From positions 62,001 to 126,000 of the forward strand of contig NIVC01000905.1 in NCBI GenBank assembly GCA_002269645.1: 64,000 nt of DNA, written 5' to 3'. A model generated the notes under the pieces. The model was not told where the DNA came from, did no database searches, and worked only from the letters and a program-made list of their open reading frames with translations. Positions 45,862-56,800 of the stretch are shown in pieces. Source of the stretch: Macrostomum lignano (lineage: Eukaryota). The number at the start of each line of letters is the position of its first letter. The first letter of the stretch is position 1. The position numbers were made by a program, and so were the translations under genes.

Positions 45862-46917
45862 CTACTGGTTATTGATTGCAGCCACCACGCCCAGGTCTTC
45901 TACGGTGTCGCGGCGGCGACCTGCAGCCGCTCTGCCTTCGTCTTTGCCGCCGAGAAAGTCGCCGCCGGCATCGGCGGCTGCTGCGTCGTCTCGGTCGTCG
46001 TCGGCAGACGAAGATTTGCCGCAACCGAGCAGCGTGAAGGCGGCCGATGCCAGCTGCTGGTGCTGGCTTGTCTGCTGCTGCCGCCTGCGCCGCTGCCGCA
46101 GCTGCTGGTTGGCGCTGCCCGCTCTCGGGCGGTAGCCGCCGCCGCTGCCGCCCCCGCCGACGCCGCTGCGACCGCCGGAGCTGTCGCGACTTTCAACGCT
46201 GCCACCGCGAGACGTCGCCAGCTCCGGCCGGTTGCGTCGACGCTCCCGATGGTGCGCGTCCGTCACCAGCGACATCGCCGAGGCCAGCGGCGGCGACAGC
46301 TGCGTTGGCGACGCAGGCGCCGGCGGCTTCATCTGCACCTCGTCGATGCCGTAGACGGCGAACAGTCGACGAAGTCCCCGACTGGACAGGCCGCAGAAGA
46401 TGTTAGCGAAGGCGTTGCGACGTCCGCGGTCGTAGAAATGGTCGAACAGCACCTTCTCGTCGGCTTTCACCTCCTCGCCGAGAAGCTTGACGAGCTTGGC
46501 ACTGCCGCCGCCGCCCAGCTGCTGGACAACCGAAGCCTCGAATGAGCGGCTCATCTCCGCCGAGGAGTCCCGAGACGTCTGGCAGCGGCGGAAACCTTCG
46601 CGAGCTCGTCGGCCAAGCGCCGAGAGGCCCAGCTGCTGCTTCAGGCTGCCCTGCCTGCCCGCGTGCCCGACAGCCGCTGCCGCTGCGACTCCGCCGGCTC
46701 CGGGCGGCGTCTCGCCCCAGCGCGACTCCATCTCGTCGAAGAAGACAGACACCGGGGAGCTGCCGCTGCCGCAGGCGCTGCAGTTGGCGCCGCCGGTTGA
46801 CGGAGAAGAAGACGGCAGCTGGTGCTGACTTTGTTGATGGTGATGATGGTGATTGTGATGCTGACCAGACTGTTGATGGTGATGGTCGCGGCTGTAGCGA
46901 TAATTTGAACGCAACAT
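45862..46917 (-). CDS. 351-codon low-complexity protein (His/Gln-rich N-terminus) with a PKI-like pseudosubstrate motif; further 3' exons possible
   Basis: ATG-initiated GC-rich ORF with coding-like composition and a compact segment LFDHFYDRGRRNAFANIF; no family recognised. Confidence 0.7.
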   Translation of the reverse strand: MLRSNYRYSRDHHHQQSGQHHNHHHHHQQSQHQLPSSSPSTGGANCSACGSGSSPVSVFFDEMESRWGETPPGAGGVAAAAAVGHAGRQGSLKQQLGLSALGRRAREGFRRCQTSRDSSAEMSRSFEASVVQQLGGGGSAKLVKLLGEEVKADEKVLFDHFYDRGRRNAFANIFCGLSSRGLRRLFAVYGIDEVQMKPPAPASPTQLSPPLASAMSLVTDAHHRERRRNRPELATSRGGSVESRDSSGGRSGVGGGGSGGGYRPRAGSANQQLRQRRRRQQQTSQHQQLASAAFTLLGCGKSSSADDDRDDAAAADAGGDFLGGKDEGRAAAGRRRDTVEDLGVVAAINNQ

Positions 46918-47552
46918 GACAGATCGTGCTGTTTACTGTGCACTTTAAAACCTAGGCTTGGACCCTGGGTAGCTCTCGATGAGGCAGGGCGCTAGGGAGT
47001 GAGAGTAAGCTGGAAGAGTCAGTCAGACTTTGCAGCTCCTGGGTGTAATCTAGATAGTTATTCCGCATCGCTTGCCTCATTTATAAACCCATGCCGCCAC
47101 CTGCTCAGCCCGTGGTCGACGACTGGGAAGGCGCAGGGGGGGGGGGGTGGGGGGTTGCCGGGGAAGACCTGCCAGGCCAGTCAGGAGTGCCCGGAACGTC
47201 GGAACAAACTGGAATGGCCGGGGGGGCGAAGGAAAGAAGAAGGCGGGGAAAAAGAGGTGAGCAGAAGAGGATGAGTAATAGGAGATGGGGGCGGAACCTC
47301 ATTGGGAAATGGGGATGCAGGCGGCTGTAGGCGAACAACGCTTTCTCTCTTTCTCTCTCTCTCTCTCTCCAAAAAACTGCTTTAAAAACTTTTGAAAAAT
47401 TTATTTTTTTCAAAGTGTGTTAGTTTTTCAAAGCTCCATACTTTAATTAGAAGGTGAGGTCTGAGCATGGTTAATCTTTTGGTTAATTTTGCTTACTAAA
47501 TGCTGGTTCTGAATTGTGAAAATTACAGTTCTGATTTTTATAAAGTGAATTT

Positions 47553-48809
47553 ATGGATAAACAAGGATCCGTAAAAAATATATCCGTGATTGTAAAAACT
47601 GAAACAGAGATTGTAAACAATGGAACAGAGATTGTAAACAATGGAACAGAGATTGTAAACAATGGAACAGAGATTGTAAACAAGGAAATGAAGATTGTAA
47701 ACAATGGAACAGAGATTTTAAACAATGAAATGAAGATCGTAAACAATGGAACAGAGATTTTAAACAATGAAATGAAGATTGTAAACAATGGAACAGAGAT
47801 TGTAAACAATGGAACAGAGATTGTAGACAAGGAAATGAAGATTGTAAACAATAAAACAGAGATTGTAAACAATGGAACAGAGATTGTAGATAAGGAAATG
47901 AAGATTGTAAACAATAAAACAGGGATTGTTAACAATGGAACAGAGATTGTAAACAATGGAACAGAGATTGTAGACAAGGAAATGAAGATTGTAAACAATA
48001 AAACAGGGATTGTAAACAATGCAACAGAGATTGTAGACAAGGAAATGAAGATTGTAAACAATGCAACAGAGATTGTAAACAATGGAACAGAGATAGTAAA
48101 CAATGGAATAAAGATTGTAAACAATGCAACAGAGATAGTAAACAATGCAACAGAGATTGTAAACAATGCAACAGAGATTGTAAACAATGCAACAGAGATT
48201 GTAAACAAGGAAATGAAGATTGTAAACAAGGAAATGAAGATTGTAAACAATAAAACAGGGATTGTAAACAATGGAACAGAGATAGTAAACAATGAAACAG
48301 AGATTGTAAACAATGCAACAGAGATTGTAAACAATGCAACAGAGATTGTAAACAATGGAACAAAGATAGTAAACAATGGAATAAAGATTGTAAACAATGC
48401 AACAGAGATTGTAAACAATGCAACAGAGATTGTAAACAATGGAACAAAGATAGTAAACAATGGAATAAAGATTGTAAACAATGCAACAGAGATAGTAAAC
48501 AATGCAACAGAGATTGTAAACAATGCAACAGAGATTGTAAACAATGCAACAGAGATTGTAAACAAGGAAATGAAGATTGTAAACAAGGAAATGAAGATTG
48601 TAAACAATAAAACAGGGATTGTAAAAAATGGAACAGAGATTGTAAACAATGAAACAGAGATTGTAAACAATGCAACAGAGATTGTAAACAATGCAACAGA
48701 GATTGTAAACAATGCAACAGAGATTGTAAACAATGGAACAAAGATAGTAAACAATGGAATAAAGATTGTAAACAATACAACAGAGATTGTAAACAATGAA
48801 ACTCGCTAA
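47553..48809 (+). repeat. 21-bp tandem repeat (about 57 units) forming an ATG-to-TAA ORF of IVNN[GAKE]TE heptads
   Basis: Unit GATTGTAAACAATGGAACAGA; higher-order block duplication visible; coding status unknown. Confidence 0.9.
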
Positions 48810-49759
48810 GCTCGCTAATGACCATTAGAAGGCTCCCTGTTCAAATGCATTTACAGAGATTTGCTTGGCAGCCTCGCCTACAGCTGACGCAAATCAGGCC
48901 ATTCAATCAAGCCAACAGAAAAACTGTTTTGGGAGGCGACTTTGTCGAGCTTTAAAGAAGACTTAACTGAAGATTACTCATCCTTGTCTGCTCAAGTTGC
49001 TACCCGCATGACGGCAATGTCTCAGCTATAAGCTGGACTCGAACAGGGAATTAATTCTCCATTAAAGCAGATTGGCATGCAGATTCGCTCTCTGTCTGCC
49101 TCCCCCTGCATCTGGACTTCATCTGAGCGCATTGCATCGGATTCCCAATTCCTTTGCTGGGATTCAGACGTGTCTTTAGTAGCTGTGGGATCTGCACGGG
49201 ATTCGATCAGTTGAGGAGAGCCTTCAGCAGCGTTTTGTTTGTCTTTTTTGCCTTTGCCGCGCTCAACACACGTGGCTGCACTTAAATGTAGGACACAGGC
49301 GAAAACGCGGACACTCGGACACGAACGCGTACAGGGAGACGCTTCCCAGTGCATGTGGTGACTGTCCATGTATAGGCAAATTCCAATACCTTTTTACCTG
49401 TGCGGCTATAATAAGCCCTGGTGCAAAACAATGATGAAAACACGCGCGAAAATCACGCGCGACCTCGAATGAGTCTCTCTTTGGACTGAAGTTCCACGAA
49501 GCTATATAATTATAAATTATTTATGTGTAGACATTTCTGCCTGATGCACATAGCAATTATAGAATTGCACCTTTCATTGGCGAACAAGTTCAAGCAGTTC
49601 TCTATAGTTAATAAATGCTCATTTTTCTTATTTCGGGTAACAAATTTAAATTATTGACATTTTGCTAACACCGAGGCTTACTCATCTCTTTAAAACAAAT
49701 CTGAGACCTTCTTAGAGCAGTTATTTTTAGCTCGTATAGTAGCGTCTGTGTTATCTTCT

Positions 49760-50145
49760 TTTATATTTTTACCCTGTCTACTTTATCTACTCTTCCATCT
49801 CTACCCTGTCTACTTTATCTACTCTTCCATCTCTACCGTGTCGACTTTATCTACTCTTCCATCTCTACTCTATCTACTTTATCTACTCTTCCATCTCTAC
49901 CCTGTCTACTTAATCTACTATTCCATCTCTACCCTATCTACTTTATCTACTCTTCCATATCTACTCTGTGTACTTTATCTGCCTTTCCATATCTACCCAG
50001 TCTTCTTTATCTACTCTTCCATCTCTACCGTGTCTACTTTATCTACTCTTCCATCTCTACCCTGTCTACTTTATCTACTCTAACGTCTCCACCCTGTCTA
50101 CTTTATCTACACTTCCATCTCTACCCTGTCTACTTCATCTACTCT
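49760..50145. repeat. 32-bp minisatellite CTACTCTTCCATCTCTACCCTGTCTACTTTAT
   Basis: About 12 tandem units downstream of the FN3 gene stop. Confidence 0.9.
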
Positions 50146-50828
50146 ACACGCTCTGTCTTGACAAAATTCACAAGAAAACACAACACAAAAACATTATTTT
50201 AGGAAGAGAATGCATGGCTCAGCTTATAACCACAGCAACTTATAGTACAAAACGTAACGTAGGAAATCTGTTAACAGGAAAATATTCCCCAGAATCAATC
50301 TTTTTTCTTAGAATTTCATGTTTGATACACCATCATCAAAAGCTGCTCGACCAAGGCGGGACTGTCACTGCCTGAAGCTACATTTTCAGCATTGCAACTT
50401 TCTAAATATGATCCTAGACTCCTTTACAGGAATTTTGAAAAAAATATTTGCTTTTCTTTGGTTTCTTCCGGCGAATTTCCTAATTAAAAGAAATCTTTAA
50501 TTGAGTGCACAGTCTAATGAAATTTTATTATTAACGTCAGACTTGAACAAACAACAGTTATCAATTATTTTACATAAAAATGGTTTTTGGTTATTAGTGA
50601 TGAGATTAAAAGGCTCAGTTATGCTTAGGTTCTTTCATAGAAACATAGGACAATCATTTAAACAAATAAATCGAAAAAAATGAGTTTGATTTTCTTTAAT
50701 CTCTTAAAGAATTTGTGAGTAAAAAGCAGGTCAAACTACTTCTAGTGTACACTATCGGACTTTATCAGTAGCAATAGACGCTTTTTAAGTTCAAATTTGC
50801 AAAAGCCAACCAGTCACGTGGCTAAGTA

Positions 50829-53800
50829 TTAAGTACCATCCTTTGTGCCGACAACTTCCACATATTCTGAGCTTGTGGGAACAGCTGGTGTCACCACAAT
50901 GGCATATTCATGGACACTGGCTCTCGCTGAGGTGCTGCTGGTGTCACCTGATGACTGCTGAGACCTGCAGTATGATGGAGTGATGGAATGATGGAGAGAG
51001 TGAGGGTTATGTGCTGATGCTGTGATGTGGGTGATTGGGTGATGGGGTGGGTGATTGGGTGATGGGGTGAGTGATGGGGTGGGTGATGGCGTGGGTGATA
51101 GGGTGGGTGATTTGATGAGATAGGGTGAGTGATGGGGTGGGTGATGGGGTGGTTGATGGGGTGGGTGATTGATTTGATGAGATAGGGTGAGTGATGGGGT
51201 GGGTGATGAGTTGGGTGATGGGGTGAGTGATTTGGTGAGATAGGGTGGGTGATGGGGTGGTTGATGGGGTGGGTGATGGGGTGGTTGATGGGGTGGGTGA
51301 TTGATTTGATGAGATAGGGTGAGTGATGGGGTGGGTGATGGGGTGGTTGATGGGGTGGGTGATGGGGTGGTTGATGGGGTGGGTGATTGAATTGATGAGA
51401 TAGAGTGAGTGATGGGGTGGGTGATGAGTTGGGTGATGGGGTGAGTGATTTGGTGAGATAGGGTGGGTGATGGGGTGGTTGATGGGGTGGGTGATGGGGT
51501 GGTTGATGGGGTGGGTGATGGGGTGGTTGATGGGGTGGGTGATGCTGGTAACATACATGTGCGGAGGGTTCTAAACTTTATGATATTTTCCAGGAAACCT
51601 ACAATATAAAGATTATACAGAACTGGTCAATGGTCCATTAGGTGCTAACACAAAACTGTCAAAATTTACACAGGGTTTGAATCATTTTTCAACGAGTCTC
51701 CTGACCGACGTTCCTTTTGAAGTCCTTGGTTGGACAATCCTTTCGAAATTTTCTCCATGGATGTCGACTGTTGATTCTGGTCGGTACGTCTGGAAAAGTT
51801 TTTGAAAAATGAAACTTTTCGCAATTAAACTGGTTAAATGAAAGCCACAGTTAGCAAAAATCAGGGATTGGTTTCCACAACAGGTTAAACATGGCCTTCC
51901 TCAATGGGATTCCTTGGTGTTTTATTTTTTATCGACTACAAAATAAAATTGATTCATCAAATTTTGCACACTCAAACTTACAACTAACGACAGTGGTATC
52001 AGGTGGAAGGGCTTGCTTGCTGGCCTCCTCAGGGAATCCCAGTTATGAAAGTCCCCAGTCAGAGAAATCCCTATCAGGGGAACCCACGTCAGGGAAATCC
52101 ACGTCAGGGGAATCCCAGTAAGGGAAACCCTAGTTAAGGGAATCCCGGTCAGGGAAATACCAGTCAGAAGTATCCCAATCAGGGAGGGGGAGTCAGTGAA
52201 ATCCCAGTTAGGGGAATACCAGTCAGGGGAATCCCAGACAGGGGAATCCCAGACAGTAGAAATCCCAGCAGGGAAATTCCGGTCAGGGGAATCCCAGTAA
52301 GGGAAATCACAGTAGGGCGAATCCCAGTCAGGGGATTTCCAGTCAGTGGAATCCAATCAAAAGTCACGACAAGCCGAACCTGCTGCGTCTGCGGTGCCAC
52401 ACAAAGCCCAACAGGCCAGCCGCAATCGCCATGGCAACCAGCACCGACACCACAACCGCCACCACGATGGTCATCGAGCCGCCACCGCCGCCTCCGGTTG
52501 TGACGAATTTGACCTGAGCTGGAGTTCCTGTGAGAGTCTGGCTCACGGGAATCACCTTCACTGAGTACTCTGAGCCTGGCTGCAGGTGTTCCAGCCTCAC
52601 TGTGTGTCGGGTGGAGCCGTTGCTAGGGCCGCCAGTCTGCATAGCAACCAGTGGATTGACAACAGCGAAGCCGCACTCAGCAGCGAGTTCATTAAGCAGC
52701 TCATTGGTGCTGCAGTTGAGCAGCTGGCAGCCAGGAGCTGAGCTTGAGTTCAGCACCAGCATCTGGGAGCAGCCTGAGGATGAGTTCAGCACCTGGGGAG
52801 TTGGGGGAGATTTGGCTGTCCAGTGACTGACATTGGCAGCTGCAGTTTCAAGCTGGATGCAACTTGGGGCTGCTGGAACACCTCTATGGAGCTTTTAGCT
52901 GCAGTTTGAGTTTTCATGACTGCGTTTGACTAAACGGCTCAGCTCTAACAGTTCCCTCCTCTGTATCTCCATCACTCTCACACTCTCCCCATCACTCTCG
53001 CCATCACTCTCGCCATCACTCTCGCCATCACTCTCGCCATCACTCTCGCCATCACACTCTCTATCACTCTCCCTATCAGTCTCCTCATCACTTACCACCT
53101 CATCACTCTCTCCATCACTCTCTTCATCACTCTTCCCATCACTTTCTCTATCACGCTCATCACTCTCCAATCTCCCCATCACACTCCCCATCACTCTACC
53201 AACCACTCTCCCCATCACTCTATTCATCACTCTCCCCATCACCCTCCCTATCACTCTCCCCATCACTCTCCCCTTCACTCTCCCTTCACTCTCCCCATCA
53301 CTCTCCCCATCACTCTATTCATCACTCTCCCCATCACCCTCCCTATCACTCTCCCCATCACTCTCCCCATCCCTCTCCCCTTCACTCTCCCCTTCACTCT
53401 CCCCATCACTCTCCCCTTCACTTTCCCTATCACTCTCCCCTTCACTCTCCCCATCACGAATAAAAAATATTAATCAATCAGATATGGCTATAAGTAGTTC
53501 GTATAGAAAATATATATATCAGCATGTACTTATATCAGATTAACTTTCCACCTGCAGGCTTTTGGAAAAAATAGATAATGAGAGGCACAGCGAGAGAGGC
53601 AATGCACAGTCAGTCAAGTCCTCCAAAGCTATCATATCTACCCTGTTATCAACCATAAGCATAGCACTAAATATGTACACTCAATTATAGCGGTTGCTGC
53701 ATAAGGAATAAAAATAACCCGGATACTGGCATGCAGTTTAGATAGCTCTGCATGCGCACTGCTGCTTTCTTATCGATTCGCCAACTCCACACAAACAAAA

Positions 53801-56800
53801 TCTGGCCAACCCAGAGCATCGTGCCGACTGTGTGAGAATCTCAACAGAAGGCGAGTCAGGACTGAAACTCTGAGTGAGCACAGGGTCTATGAAAATATTC
53901 GCTAATATTTGCCACTGGGTAGCTTTTAGCATCAGAATAATGTGCTTGACAATGCCACTTAGGTCACTGCATTGAGTCATCAGTCACTTCCTGTCCATGG
54001 GTTCCTCCGCTGTCCCTTCAGTCCCTCCGCTGTCCCTTCAGTCCCTCTGCTGTCCCTTCAGTCCCTCCGCTGCCCCTTCAGTCCCTCCGCTGTCCCTTCA
54101 GTGCCTCCGCTGTCCCTTCAGTGCCTCCGCTGCCCCTTCAGTGCCTCCGCTGTCCCTTCAGTGCCTCCGGTGTCCCTTCAGTCCCTCTCATGCCTCGCAA
54201 TGGGGCTCCCAGTCGCAGGCGGCCTCACCTGCACAGCGAACGCCTGCAGCAGGCCGTTTGGCAGCCGCGGCTCCTCGAACTCCACCAGCGCCTCCGCCTC
54301 CGAGGGCGTCGCCCGCAGGCCGCCGACGGCGCCGCTGCGAGTCTCCGGGCTGCGGAAGGAGGCGGAGGCGACGGCGCCGGGCCCCGCGAGGTTCACCGGC
54401 CACAGCGAGGCGCCGTACTCGGTCCAGGGCAGCAGCGAGCTCGGCGAGGCGCCCTCGGAGCTGACGGCGACCTCCGCGGACAGCGAGGCGTCGCCGAACT
54501 CGAAGGTCCGCACGAGCACCGGCGCTGAGCAGTCGGCCGTGAGGGCCTCGAGCCGCTGCCGGGCCTCCTCCGACTGCAGCTGGAGGCGGTGGCGGCCGCA
54601 GTCGGAGCAGTTCAGCCGCCGGGCCGCCGCGCAGCCGCCCGGACCGTCCAGTCGCAGCTCGAACTCGAACACGACGCCCCGGCCGAGCTCGGGGCTGAGC
54701 GGCTTCCAGCTGAGGCGGACGGGACCGCCAGGGACCGCCAGCGGCTGCAGGCCGCCGGACACCGCGGGCGCCTCGCCGTCGGGCAGCCGCCGCTCCGCCC
54801 TGTCGCTGCCGCGGCTGCAGCCGCCGCCCGTACAGGCGCTGACGCGGCAGAAGCCGACGTGGGCCGGCAGCGGCGGCGGCTCGAGCGGCAGGAAGGTCGT
54901 GTCGGCCGCTGTCACCTCGGCTCCGACGCGAATCTCAGCGCCGTCCGGGAAGCTCAGCGAGCCCCAGGCCACCGAGTAGTTGCGGATGACGCCGTTCGGC
55001 TCGCTGGGAGCCCGCCAGATGCAAAGCAACTGCGATGACGCATCGTCCAGCCTCACCGACTGCGGCTGCGACGGCGCGTCCTCCAGCGTTTGAACCTCCG
55101 ACCTCTGGGGCAGCGAGGCCAGGCCCGATAGCTCGGCGACCGCCTCCACCGAGTAGTTGGTGAACGGCCTCAGCGGCTGCAGAGCCACGGTGCACCTGCC
55201 GGAGTCCGGGCGGCAGCTGTTGGTAGCAGCAGCGAAGCTCCCGCTGTCTGCGTGGGCGGCCGCTGTCAGCAGCTCGGAGCCAGAGCTGGCAGTCAGCGAC
55301 ACCTCGACGGCGCGCCTGTCCGGCAGCAGCGACACCGAAGGGCGGCCGGGCGCTGCGGGACGGCAGCGGGGAAACGGGGCTCAGAACCAAGACTCACTCA
55401 GAACAAAGACTCACTCAGAACCAAGACTCACTCAGAACCAAGACTCACTCAGAACCAACACTCACTCAGAACCAAGACTCACTCAGAACAAAGACTCACT
55501 CAGAACCAAGATTCACTCAGAACCAAGACTCACTCAGAACCAAGACTCACTCAGAACCAACATTCACTCAGAACCAACACTCACTCAGAACCAACACTCA
55601 CTCAGAACCAAGACTCACTCAGAACAAAGACTCACTCAGAACCAACACTCACTCAGAACCAACACTCACTCAGAACCAAGACTCACTCAGAACCAAGACT
55701 CACTCGAAACCAATACTCACTCAGAACCAAGACTCACTCGAAGCCAATACTCTCACACAACCAAAACTCACTCAGAACCAACACTCACTCAGAACCAACA
55801 CTCACTCAGAACCAACACTCACTCAGAACCAAGACTCACTCAGAACCAACACTCACTCAGAACCAACACTCACTCACAACAAAGACTCTGAGCTGAACTC
55901 ACGCATCTGCAGCTGCTCAGCAATGACGATCTCCGAGCTCTCCTGCCTCAGCCCGGATTTGTTGGCCACGGCAGTCACCGCCACTGTCAGCTTCAGCGAG
56001 AGCAGCTCCGCCTCCGCCAGGCTCAGCAGCAGCCTCATCGAGATGAACGCAGCCTCCCTCAGCAAGTCGGGCTTCGAGGCGCTGCTCACGCGGAACTGCA
56101 GCAGGTCGGCGCCCTCGGCAGCACTGGACGTCCAGTTGAGCAGCAGCACCGCCTCAGCGGGCTGCGACTCGCTCGGCTGCGACTCCGCGGCAGCGGCTGA
56201 GGGTCGGCTGGCGGGGTCGGCGCTGAGCTGCGGCCCTGGGGAGGGCGGGGAGATGGGGATTGAGATTGAGCGGAGTGACACTGTGAGCTGAGTGACACCG
56301 TGAGCTGAGTAACACTGTGAGCTGAGTGACACTGTGAGCTGAGTGACACTGTGAGCTGAGTGACACTGTGAGCTGAGTGACACTGTGAGCTGAGTGACAC
56401 TGTGAGCAGAGTGACACTGTGAGCAGAGTGACACTGTGAGCTGAGTGACACTGTGAGCAGAGTGACACTGTGAGCAGAGTGACACTGTGAGCTGAGTGAC
56501 ACTGTGAGCAGAGTGACACTGTGAGCAGAGTGACACTGTGAGCAGAGTGACACTGTGAGCTGAGTGACACTGTGAGCAGAGTGACACTGTGAGCAGAGTG
56601 ACACTGTGAGCTGAGTGACACTGTGAGCTGAGTGACACTGTGAGCTGAGTGACACTGTGAGCTGAGTGACACTGTGAGCTGAGTGACACTGTGAGCTGAG
56701 TGACACTGTGAGCTGAGTGACACTGTGAGCTGAGTGACACTGTGAGCTGAGTGACACTGTGAGCTGAGTGACACCGTGAGCTGAGTGACACTGTGAGCTG

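Noticed and set aside
47483-48825. Hydrophobic antisense ORFs (FTISVPL; LQSLFHC repeats) resembling membrane proteins
   Set aside because: Shadow frames of the 21-bp repeat.
49022-49369. Minus-strand ORF as a further exon of the FN3 receptor
   Set aside because: Its likely acceptor is phase 2, incompatible with the only candidate donor (phase 1) in the last exon; no recognisable domain.
50972-51558. Pro/Thr/His-rich mucin-like ORF extension (SPTPSTTP)
   Set aside because: 12-bp intronic array upstream of the ctgcag| acceptor at 50965; only 50964-50829 is modelled as exon.
55157-55896. Plus-strand ORFs with QNQDSLRTKTHSEPRLT repeats
   Set aside because: Translation of the intronic 17-bp array, antisense to the receptor gene.
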